A stretch of 64,000 nt of DNA, from NCBI GenBank assembly GCA_044229985.1, contig JBGARY010000002.1:81420-145419 (forward strand). Reading direction: 5' to 3'. The position numbers and the translations under genes are program-made. Shown in pieces: positions 17,586 to 27,100 of this stretch (positions are counted from its first letter, which is position 1; each line of letters starts with the position of its first letter). The notes beneath the pieces were generated by a model. That model was not told the DNA's origin, did not search any database, and worked only from the letters and a program-made list of their open reading frames with translations. Source of the DNA: Chitinophagaceae bacterium. Lineage in GTDB: Bacteria; Bacteroidota; Bacteroidia; Chitinophagales; Chitinophagaceae.

Positions 17586-18791
17586 ATGACATTTTCCGAT
17601 ATCATTGGGCAAAAAGATGTAAAACAACAATTGGCCGAACTGGTGCAGCACAACCGGTTGAGTCATGCTTTACTTTTTTTAGGAAAAGAGGGTAGCGGGG
17701 CTTTACCAATGGCATTAGCATTTGCTCAATACATTACCTGTGAAAAAGTACAGGGTAAGCATACTGCTGTACTGGCTGGCCCTTCATTATTTGGAGAGCC
17801 AGTGAACAGCGACAAGCAAGCAGTAACCGATTCCTGCGGCACCTGTCCGGCCTGCCAAAAAGCTGCGCAATTAATTCATCCTGATATTCATTTTTCTTAC
17901 CCCACTGTTACAAAAAAGGCCGGAGAAAAACCTATTGCCACTGACTTTATTACAGAGTGGCGGGAATTCATCAAACTAAATCCTTATGGCAATCTTTTTG
18001 ACTGGATAGAGCTGATTAAGGAAAAAGAGAACAGCCAGGGAAAAATAACTGCCAGGGAATGTGATGAGATTATAAAGAAACTCAGCCTCAAGAGTTTTGA
18101 AAGTGAATATAAGGTCTTGATCATGTGGATGCCGGAAGAACTGGATAAAGAAGGCAATAAGCTGCTAAAAATAATTGAGGAGCCTCCGCCAAATACTTTA
18201 TTTATACTGGTTGCTGAAAATGAGGAGTTGGTTTTGCCCACCATTGTAAGCCGCTGCCAGTTGATCAAAGTGCCGGCACTGGAAAACAAAGAAATAGAAG
18301 AAACGCTTATCAGCCGTAACAAGACAGAACCTGCTATAGCCCGGCAGGTAGCCAATGTAAGTGATGGTAACTACCGGGAAGCATTGCAGCTGCTTCAACA
18401 TGCCGAAGAAGACTGGCAAAGCCTTTTACGGGAGTGGCTGAATGCTATGCTGAAAAATGGTCCGGTGGCCCAGGCCAAATGGGTAGAGGAAATCAGCCGG
18501 CTTGGCCGTGAAAAACAAAAACAATTCTTACGTTATTTCAATCACTTGCTGGAACAGGCCATTCTGCTAAAAGCTACCGGAAATACACCGGGGGCTTTTG
18601 GTACGGAAAGGGATTTTGCCGAAAGGCTTAATAAAATTGCCGGAATTGAGCAGCAGCAAGCCATTATTGAGGAGATTGACAGGGCCAGTTATTACATAGA
18701 AAGGAATGCTAATGGCAAAATGCTCTTTCATGCCCTGACCATTAAACTATACCACATAATTCAGGATAAGATTGTATTTTTGATGGATTGA
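17586..18791 (+). CDS. holB: DNA polymerase III delta-prime subunit-like AAA+ clamp-loader protein
   Basis: 401-aa ORF. LSHALLFLGKEGSGALPMALAFAQ, zinc module CGTCPACQK, SRC motif (TIVSRCQ). Confidence 0.8.
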   Translation: MTFSDIIGQKDVKQQLAELVQHNRLSHALLFLGKEGSGALPMALAFAQYITCEKVQGKHTAVLAGPSLFGEPVNSDKQAVTDSCGTCPACQKAAQLIHPDIHFSYPTVTKKAGEKPIATDFITEWREFIKLNPYGNLFDWIELIKEKENSQGKITARECDEIIKKLSLKSFESEYKVLIMWMPEELDKEGNKLLKIIEEPPPNTLFILVAENEELVLPTIVSRCQLIKVPALENKEIEETLISRNKTEPAIARQVANVSDGNYREALQLLQHAEEDWQSLLREWLNAMLKNGPVAQAKWVEEISRLGREKQKQFLRYFNHLLEQAILLKATGNTPGAFGTERDFAERLNKIAGIEQQQAIIEEIDRASYYIERNANGKMLFHALTIKLYHIIQDKIVFLMD

Positions 18792-19038
18792 GGACGAAAT
18801 GGGGAATTAGTTGATTGGTTTAATGGGAATTAGGTAAACCCCTGCCGTCTGCAGAATTTTACAATGCTTCGTTTATTTTTTCAATATATAGCAGTTTCGC
18901 ATGTTTCGGACACTGGCAGGTTCTGCTCAGTAGAATTACCGAACGTAAAAGAGTGCGACGCAACGACAGCCTGATAGAAATTCTGTAGCCGGGTTCATCA
19001 TTTTCCTCAAATTATAAATCTGAAATTCAAAATCAGAA

Positions 19039-20415
19039 ATGAGTTGTACAGGTTGCAGCACGGCTACGGGTGGAAAACCCAACGGATGTAAGAGCAACGG
19101 CGGATGCAGTTCCGGCGGGTGTAACCGCATGAATGCTTACGACTGGCTACGAAACCTGCCTATGACTGATTTTGACAGTGCCTGTAAGGTGATTGAGGTT
19201 AGTTTCAGCCAGGGCACCCGCAAAGATTTCTTCCGCAATCCCATGCTTCAGCCTTTTGAGAAGGGCGACCTGATTGCCGTCGAAGGTGTTAGTGGTTTTG
19301 ATTTAGGGGAAGTATCACTGACCGGTGAGATTGTTCGCCTGCAGATGAAAAAACGGGGAGCAAAGGAAGATAACCCGGAAATGAAAAAAGTATTACGGCG
19401 GGCTACCGACCGTGATATTGAAATATGGAAGCAGAACAAAGCCCGGGAACCTGAAGCCGTTATCCGCAGCCGGGCCATTGCCAAGCAACTGAAACTGGAT
19501 ATGAAAATCAGTCAGGTGGAAATGCAGGCAGATGGCCGAAAAGCAACCTTCTTCTACATTGCTGATGGCCGGGTGGATTTCCGGGAACTGATCAAAGTAT
19601 ATGCTTCTGAATTCAAGGTAAAAGTCGAGATGCGCCAGATCGGTGCAAGACAAGAGGCAGGTAAAGTAGGTGGTATCGGTAGTTGCGGCCGTGAACTTTG
19701 CTGCAGTACCTGGCTCACTGATTTTAAATCGGTAAATACAGCAGCAGCCCGTTACCAGAATTTATCCATCAATCAAACAAAACTCAGCGGCCAGTGCGGA
19801 CGTTTGAAATGCTGTTTGAATTATGAGCTGGATACTTATTTGGATGCTTTACAGCACTTCCCCGATAACTGCGATGTGATACAGGTGGCCAAGGGCAATG
19901 CCTTTTTGATCAAGAAAGATATTTTCAAGAACCTGATGTGGTACACTCTGCCTGACAGCAATAAGCAGTACCCATTAACTATAGAAAGGGTTAGAAAAAT
20001 AAAATCGCTGAACCAGCAGGGCATTACTCCGGATGAGCTTGAGCCTGTAGAAGTAACAACCGGTAAACCTAAAGAAGCCGAACCTGAAACAGTGGAACTG
20101 GTAGGACAGATCAGTCTTCGTACACTGGAAAAAGCTGAGAAGAAAAAGAAACAACAGCAGCAACAAAGAAACCAACCTAACCGGCAGGCAGGTCAGCGAC
20201 CACAACAACGTCAGCAGGGAGGCCAACAACAAGGTGGTGGACAGCAGCAAAGAAGACAACAAGGGGGACAGCAGCAAAATCAGCCTAACCGGCAGTCAGG
20301 TAATCCAAACAGAAACCAGCAAAGACCCAACAACCCTAACCGGAACCAGCAGCGGTCTAACCCGCCTGGCGGACGGGCAGGTAATCATAACCAGGAAAAA
20401 GACAAACAGGGTTAA
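19039..20415 (+). CDS. PSP1-domain protein (YaaT/RicT-like) with Cys-rich N-terminus and Q/N/R/G-rich tail
   Basis: 458-aa ORF. PSP1 core (VEMRQIGARQEAGKVGGIGSCGRELCCSTWL...GQCGRLKCCLNYE). Lies downstream of holB, as in Bacillus holB-yaaT. Confidence 0.85.
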   Translation: MSCTGCSTATGGKPNGCKSNGGCSSGGCNRMNAYDWLRNLPMTDFDSACKVIEVSFSQGTRKDFFRNPMLQPFEKGDLIAVEGVSGFDLGEVSLTGEIVRLQMKKRGAKEDNPEMKKVLRRATDRDIEIWKQNKAREPEAVIRSRAIAKQLKLDMKISQVEMQADGRKATFFYIADGRVDFRELIKVYASEFKVKVEMRQIGARQEAGKVGGIGSCGRELCCSTWLTDFKSVNTAAARYQNLSINQTKLSGQCGRLKCCLNYELDTYLDALQHFPDNCDVIQVAKGNAFLIKKDIFKNLMWYTLPDSNKQYPLTIERVRKIKSLNQQGITPDELEPVEVTTGKPKEAEPETVELVGQISLRTLEKAEKKKKQQQQQRNQPNRQAGQRPQQRQQGGQQQGGGQQQRRQQGGQQQNQPNRQSGNPNRNQQRPNNPNRNQQRSNPPGGRAGNHNQEKDKQG

Positions 20416-21108
20416 TTATTTCCAGAAAGTATATTGATAAGTATTGGTATTGGTATAGGCTTGACCCGCTTCTTTTCCAGTAGTGATTGTTTTGATCAAC
20501 ACTCCTTTTGCATCATAAAATAATGTCTTGACCCAGGGATAGGTACCGAGGCTTTGTTCTTTAATACACTGACCTTTGTTGTTATAGGTATATTTCAGGT
20601 GTTCAATTTCTCCTTTGCTATTGGGTCCGGGCTTTGTCATCACTTGTATAAGTTGTCCTTTCGCATTATAATCATAGATAAGTATTGTCTCCTCATCCCG
20701 CTGTTGCTTCAGCAACCTACCCGTTTTATCATACCATTTAATAATAACATCTTCAAATACTTTATGCCGGTTTTTTGTGCTATAATTTCCATTGGCCTCG
20801 TAGGTGTATTCTGTTCTTTCAGATTCTTTCCCGTCTTTATCCTGCATGATCACCATTGAAATTCTGTTGCTATCATCCTGCGTATATATTTTCCGATAAA
20901 TACAAAGCTTGCCATGATAATAAGCAGTATCATTTCCATTCCTGTCATAGTAAGCTGTATATGTGAACTTTTGCGGAACACCGTCTTCCTTGAAAGAACA
21001 GGTTTCGGCCGCGGATGCAATTCTATACTTTTTGATTTCCTCCGGAGTGTGCTGACCATAGAACAGCAGAGATGCTAACAGGAAAATAGTAGTGAGGAAA
21101 GGTTTCAT
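20416..21108 (-). CDS. secreted hypothetical protein built from about 6 YD/RHS-like repeats
   Basis: 230-aa ORF. Signal peptide, then repeats AYYDRNGNDT, YTYEANGNYS, WYDKTGRLLKQ, IYDYNAKGQLIQV, YTYNNKGQCIKE, FYDAKGVLIKT. Confidence 0.6.
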   Translation of the reverse strand: MKPFLTTIFLLASLLFYGQHTPEEIKKYRIASAAETCSFKEDGVPQKFTYTAYYDRNGNDTAYYHGKLCIYRKIYTQDDSNRISMVIMQDKDGKESERTEYTYEANGNYSTKNRHKVFEDVIIKWYDKTGRLLKQQRDEETILIYDYNAKGQLIQVMTKPGPNSKGEIEHLKYTYNNKGQCIKEQSLGTYPWVKTLFYDAKGVLIKTITTGKEAGQAYTNTNTYQYTFWK

Positions 21109-21133
21109 TATTACTGTTTTAAATGAAGATTAT

Positions 21134-24058
21134 TTATTGACCGGAAACCGCCTTTATCAGTGCATCCTGTATTTTTCCCCTGACGCCCAACTGGGATAGT
21201 TTTCCATTATCCCTTGTTGGATAAACCCGGTTAGAAAGAAAAATATAAACAAGATCATATTTCGGATCCACCCAAACACAGGTACCGGTAAACCCTGTGT
21301 GGCCAAAAGTTTCCGGTGAAGCCAGTGCAGAAGGATATGGCTCCTTGCGGGTAGCGTTGTCCTTTTCAGATTTATCAAATCCAAGACCACGACGGCTTAT
21401 TTTGCTGTTATACCCTGTGAACAAATGGATCGTTTCGGGTTTCAGGTATCTCTCACCGTTTAATTCCCCTCCATTGAGCAGCATTTGGTAGAGTAATGAA
21501 AGATCATAAGCATTGGAGAATAAGCCAGCATGTCCTGCAACGCCGCCAAACATAGAGGCACCCTCATCATGCACATCCCCCCTGGTTGTTTGCTGACGAA
21601 AATGTTTTTCTGTTTCCGTTGGCACCAAACATTCCAGCTGAAAACGATTTCTTGGCTTGAAGCCTGTTGAATACATGCCAATTTTATTGTAAAAGGTCTT
21701 TTGTACGTATTGATCCAGCGTTAACCCTGTTACCTCCTCTACTATTTTACCCAGGAAAATAAAATCATTATCACTGTATACATATTTGTTCTTCGGACCC
21801 AGCGGACTTTTTAGTATCCGCATCATCATTGTGTCCTGCCAGTCATTGCGGAGGTAAACATTTTCAGCCACCCTAACACCGTATCCCTTTTGTGGTTTGG
21901 CAGCATACACTGCCGGCTTCGGTGCGCCACTGCTGTCGATCGTTTCTTTGTAAAAAGCAATGAAGGGAACCAACCCTGCCTGATGCAGCAATATCTCGTC
22001 AATTTTCAAATCTTCTTTGTCAGTGTTCTTTGTATAAGGAAGATAATCTTTCAGCTTTCCGTCCAGTTTGATCTTTCCTTCCTCATATAGCTTCATTACA
22101 GAAACCGTAGTGGCAGATATTTTGGTAACAGAGGCAAGATCAAAAATACTTTCCGCTGCCATCCTTGGAGAAGAAGGGTCGTACTCATAGTTGCCAAATG
22201 CCTTGTGGTAAATGATCTCTCCCTTATGGGCGGCCAGTACTACGCAACCGGGAAAAGCTTTTTTACTGATGCCGTCCTGTGCAATGGAATCAACCACTTT
22301 TAATTTAGCCTGCATTTCTTCAGCCGCTGTTTTAGCTGCTGCTATTCCATCACCAGGTTTGAAACTGCAAACAGTAACCGGCAGTTTGCCTCTTGCCTTG
22401 AACTTACCCATCAGCAGATCGGCTGCTGCATTTTGAGTAATGGGATCATCCTGGTAGCAGGCAGCAAGTGTCCATGCATCGCAAAAGTTTTTTGTACCGA
22501 GTACATTTCCGAAAGTGAGGGTAACTGTTTTGATAAAATTGAGCTCCTTGTACAAATCAATAGCTGCCTGTGATTGACCGAAATTATTGGCTGGCCTCAA
22601 AGAGTAATCATGAACACCAATTACTATCGCATCATATTTGCCATCCTTTGGTACTTGCTTCAATATTTCCTGTGCCTTTTCTTTTACGTCTTTGTAAGAG
22701 AAAAGAAAAACATCCGCCCCAAAATCTTCCTTCATTCTTTTACCAAACGTATTCAGCTCAGTACACCCTATACCTACATAAGCGATCTTGCCATTCTTTG
22801 GCAGCGGTATGCCTGCATAATCAGTACGGGAGGCTTTGAATGAAGCCTGCGATAAGAGAGTGATCGTTTTTTCTGCCACTTCTTTGCGGATGGCATCTGT
22901 CCTGGCATTGAGATCATTTACCAGGTTATTGGTGTTGATCGGCCACATTTCGAACAAACCCAAATCATATTTTTCATTCAACACCTTTCTTGTCTTTACA
23001 TAAATATCATTCCAGCTCAACTTGTTCTCAGCAATTGCCTTATTGACTGCAGCAATGGCATCACTTATATTTTCGGGCAGACAGAGCATATCGTTACCAG
23101 CGACCAATGCTTCCACTACAATGGTGCCACCGGGGAAGAACTTGCTTACACCTTTCATCTCCAGCGCATCAGTGAAAGTGAGTCCTTCATAACCCATTTC
23201 CTTGCGGAGCAGATCCGTCACATTATTTTTTGAAAGCGATGTTGCTTTATTAGCAGTATTATCAATAGAAGGAATATACAGGTGGGCAATCATTACACTC
23301 TTTACACCGGCTTTAAAAATACTTTGAAAAGGCGCCAGCTCCATTTCACTCAATTGTTCCCTCGTTTTGTTTATCACCGGCAGGTCGTAATGCGAATCCA
23401 CATCCACATCACCATGACCCGGAAAATGCTTTGCACAAGCCATTATGCCAGCATCCTGCATACCCCCCATATACGCTACTCCCAGTGCAGAAACCCTGTT
23501 TTTATCCTCACCAAATGAACGATAACCAATAACAGGATTATTGGGATTATTGTTGACATCCACCACCGGGGCATAGTTTACATGCACCCCAATCCGTTTG
23601 CACTGCTGCCCCACAGCCACTCCCATTTTATATACCAACTCCGCATCATCCAGTGCGCCGAGTGTAAGTTGATAAGGAAATTTTGTTACACTGTCCAACC
23701 GCATACCCAGACCCCATTCTCCATCAATCGTTACCATCAGCGGTGTTTTGGCGATGCTTTGGTAATAGTTGGTAAGGTTGGCTTGTCTTACCGGGCCACC
23801 CTGGAAAAAGCAAAGTGCCCCTACATTATATTTTTTTATATCGTTAACCACTTTAGCGATATGATCGGCGCCCAAATTAGAGTGGGCACGGATCACCATC
23901 AGCTGGGCAATTTTTTCATCATTACTAAGGCTGTTGAACACACTGTCTACCCACTGCTGCTTACCCAGTTTGCTTTTATACTGGCCGTTGGAAAATAAAG
24001 GCAGGAAAACTAACAGAAAGACAAGTCGTTGTAATCTTTGCATAACTAATTTTTTCAT
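21134..24058 (-). CDS. fusion of GH3 (NagZ-like beta-N-acetylhexosaminidase) domain and serine beta-lactamase/PBP-like hydrolase domain
   Basis: 974-aa ORF with signal peptide. GH3 motif KHFPGHGD in the N-terminal half. The C-terminal half has SxxK (SVTK), YSDN and HTGFTG motifs. Confidence 0.85.
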   Translation of the reverse strand: MKKLVMQRLQRLVFLLVFLPLFSNGQYKSKLGKQQWVDSVFNSLSNDEKIAQLMVIRAHSNLGADHIAKVVNDIKKYNVGALCFFQGGPVRQANLTNYYQSIAKTPLMVTIDGEWGLGMRLDSVTKFPYQLTLGALDDAELVYKMGVAVGQQCKRIGVHVNYAPVVDVNNNPNNPVIGYRSFGEDKNRVSALGVAYMGGMQDAGIMACAKHFPGHGDVDVDSHYDLPVINKTREQLSEMELAPFQSIFKAGVKSVMIAHLYIPSIDNTANKATSLSKNNVTDLLRKEMGYEGLTFTDALEMKGVSKFFPGGTIVVEALVAGNDMLCLPENISDAIAAVNKAIAENKLSWNDIYVKTRKVLNEKYDLGLFEMWPINTNNLVNDLNARTDAIRKEVAEKTITLLSQASFKASRTDYAGIPLPKNGKIAYVGIGCTELNTFGKRMKEDFGADVFLFSYKDVKEKAQEILKQVPKDGKYDAIVIGVHDYSLRPANNFGQSQAAIDLYKELNFIKTVTLTFGNVLGTKNFCDAWTLAACYQDDPITQNAAADLLMGKFKARGKLPVTVCSFKPGDGIAAAKTAAEEMQAKLKVVDSIAQDGISKKAFPGCVVLAAHKGEIIYHKAFGNYEYDPSSPRMAAESIFDLASVTKISATTVSVMKLYEEGKIKLDGKLKDYLPYTKNTDKEDLKIDEILLHQAGLVPFIAFYKETIDSSGAPKPAVYAAKPQKGYGVRVAENVYLRNDWQDTMMMRILKSPLGPKNKYVYSDNDFIFLGKIVEEVTGLTLDQYVQKTFYNKIGMYSTGFKPRNRFQLECLVPTETEKHFRQQTTRGDVHDEGASMFGGVAGHAGLFSNAYDLSLLYQMLLNGGELNGERYLKPETIHLFTGYNSKISRRGLGFDKSEKDNATRKEPYPSALASPETFGHTGFTGTCVWVDPKYDLVYIFLSNRVYPTRDNGKLSQLGVRGKIQDALIKAVSGQ

Positions 24059-24178
24059 TGGCGCTTAAAATTAGTTCTTTCCCCTGTTTATATTGTATTA
24101 AAATCTTACCTTTTAATTCTACTCTGCCCCCCTGAAAGGCTGCTGTACCAGTTTATTAATCTTTTAAACTAAACAGTT

Positions 24179-27100
24179 ATGAAACCTTTCACAAATCATC
24201 TAAAGATTTTTACATGTTTGTTGTTAATCGGTCATCTGGCAGCTAAGGCACAAAAAATTAGCTCAGAAAAGGGATTGACAACTGCTGAATTCACTTTGTC
24301 AGAAGGAAAAATAATAGCTTATTTGCCAGATGATATTAGACAGGGAGATTTTATCTCAGGTACCGTGGTAATGGAACCCGCCGGCAATACGGAGAAAGAA
24401 AAAAGCCGCAACATCCAATCACTTCAAAAACACCAGCTTGGTCTTGCTGATGGCAGTACCAGCCAACAGGGATTATCCGGGTTTTTCAATTATACGATAA
24501 AAGGTTCTAATCTATCCTTTACCTTATCTGCCAATGGCAGCATCATTTCGTCGCTTAAGGTTCCCTTAAAAAGCAATATTGCAGCCGGATCAAATCTTTC
24601 TATTCCCTCTCATGTATTGACTGCGACCCCATTACCAATCAAAGGCCAGTTTGACGGCAACGCAGAAAACACAAAATGTATGATAGATGGAAACCCTATT
24701 GAGATCCTGGCAGAATCGCCCAGGCAATGTATTGTTCAGTTACCTCAGGCAACAAGCGGCCCTCATAATATATCGGTAACTGAAAATATTAAAACAACAG
24801 AAAAAAAAATATGTGCCGTAAACATGGATATAAATGCAGGAAAACTCAATTTGCAAAAAGGAGAAAATACTTACATTGATGTAATTATTTCAGGCTTACA
24901 AAACCTTCCTGCAACTGCGACACTTTCTGTTGTCAATACAAGCACATCTACAGTAGCGATGGCAGGTGGAAATGCACAAATAATAACTATTGAACCAACT
25001 GCTGTTTCCCAAACAGGAAATTTTAATAAGCGATTTGAACTGCAAAGTATCAGTACCGGAAGTTTTTCAGTAAATGTAACCCTTGACTTACCCGAATCAC
25101 CTTCCAACCCGGGTAGTACTGCATCACTCTGCAATTGTTATATAAACGAACAGTCCTGCCTTATTCCTTTTGAAACATGTATTGCACTCGGAGGCACAAC
25201 CCATCCGCCTGTGTTCAAAAACGATATGCCAGTAACGGCAACAAAAAACTCTTCCTTCATTCCGGCTGTTTTTTTAACTGTACCCGGTAAACCCAATCCG
25301 CAAACCAACCAGGTTACACTTCAGTTAAACACTTTGAAAGATGATATAGCAGCCGTTATTTTTTCTGAAAAGAATGTAAGCGGTAATGATTGGCGACCGG
25401 CAGGTACGGCAACAAATAATGGTAACAACTGGACAGCAAACTGGATGCCCCAGATAGGTAATGATGGAGTACACATTATCCGTGCAAAAGTAGCAGATAA
25501 AAATAATACAAGTACAGAACTCTATACAAGTACATACCTTCAGCTTACCCCTGCTTCCATAAATCCGGTACAAGGCGAGAGAATCAATCTGACTATTACG
25601 GATGCACAAATAAATAAGGCCAACCAAAATGTACAACAACAAGCAGAAAATTTGAGAAGAATACAGGAAAGGCTGGCAGGACTGAGAAGAAAATTAGAAG
25701 AGCTGATTACCGAAATGGATAAACATAAAACGATGGCTGATGAATTGGTGGCTAATGACAAGACCTTAGAAAAAATACCTGGGCTATACACCGATTCGTT
25801 GAAAAAATTAACCGACTCATTGGCAAAACTTAAGGCAGCGCTGCCACCCAATCCGGATCCGGCTGCTCTGCAAAAGTCAGCAAATGATGCTGCACAAAGG
25901 GCAAAAGACTGCGAAGACCGGCTTAACAAACTAAAACAGGAAAAAGAAAATGCACAGAAAGAACTGGATGCACTCAATAATGAAATTGAAAACCTGTTAA
26001 AACAACTGGATGCTCTTCACCTGGGAAACAATTGGGTGGGCGGACATGGCTATCACAAGGACGGAGGTTTTTGGTATGGCTATGTGGGCGATGAAAGTTC
26101 CAATACAAATATTCAAAATGAATCAAATGCTATTTCCAACAAACTGAAAGGTTTAAAAAAACCACAGAATGCAGCTAAGAACAGGTTAAAGGCCCTGGAT
26201 GCGGAAATAGCAAAAGCACAGGAAGAATGTGATAAGCTGAATAAAGAAAAAGAGAAAGCAGAAAATGCTGCCCAAAAAGGAAATGCAATGGCCGCTGCAG
26301 AAACACAAATTGATGAGCTGTGCAGGCAAATACAAGCCCTGCTGGATGCATTGAAAAAATGGTGTGCTACACATCCCGGGGTTTGCCATTTTAATCCTGA
26401 GTTAGCGGGTAATCCTCATACAGCAGCAGAGCTTGACAATTATTTATCTCAGTTGGATAATATTATTCAAAAGAAAAAACAAAAAGAAACGGAACTGGAA
26501 AAAGCTGCGGAAGAAAAATCCAGTGAAGCACAAGGCACAAGCAATGCTATTGAAGCAGCAGAGGCAGAAAAAAGAGCAGCAGAAGATGAACTGGCAAAAG
26601 CACAGGCTGCTGCTGATAAGCTAAGAGAAGAGAGAGAAAAGCAATTGGAAGAAGAAAGGGCAAAAAAACGCAAACAGGAAGAAGAGGAGAAAACAGCCAG
26701 CAGTGCACCCAAACCAGCCCCAACATTACCAGAGCCGATTGACCCGTCTGACAAACAAATAAAATTTGCAGCACTCAGTATGTTCAGGGGTTTGTACACT
26801 GATTACTGGATTGACAAAGGCCCCTGCGATTGCACTACCAAAGCCATTGCATTGGCAAACAACACCAATACGGCAGCCTCCGATGTACTGGGCGGTTTGG
26901 CTATTGGAGTCATCTTTGCCCCCATCGAGTCATTACCGGGACTTTCACTGGCAGCAAAACTGGGAATCGGGGCTGTAAAAGCTATTGGAAGCGCTTTATA
27001 TGGTGGTGAAAGTTTTACCGATGAACTGGCTAAAAACCTGTTTGATGTAATTGGTGGAGAAATTTTTCCCAAACTGCTCGATAGTGAAACGGCAGGCAAT

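Noticed and set aside
18936-19130. 64-aa minus-strand ORF overlapping the PSP1 gene start
   Set aside because: It is Pro/Leu-rich, low-complexity antisense to the Cys/Gly-rich N-terminus of a well-supported gene.
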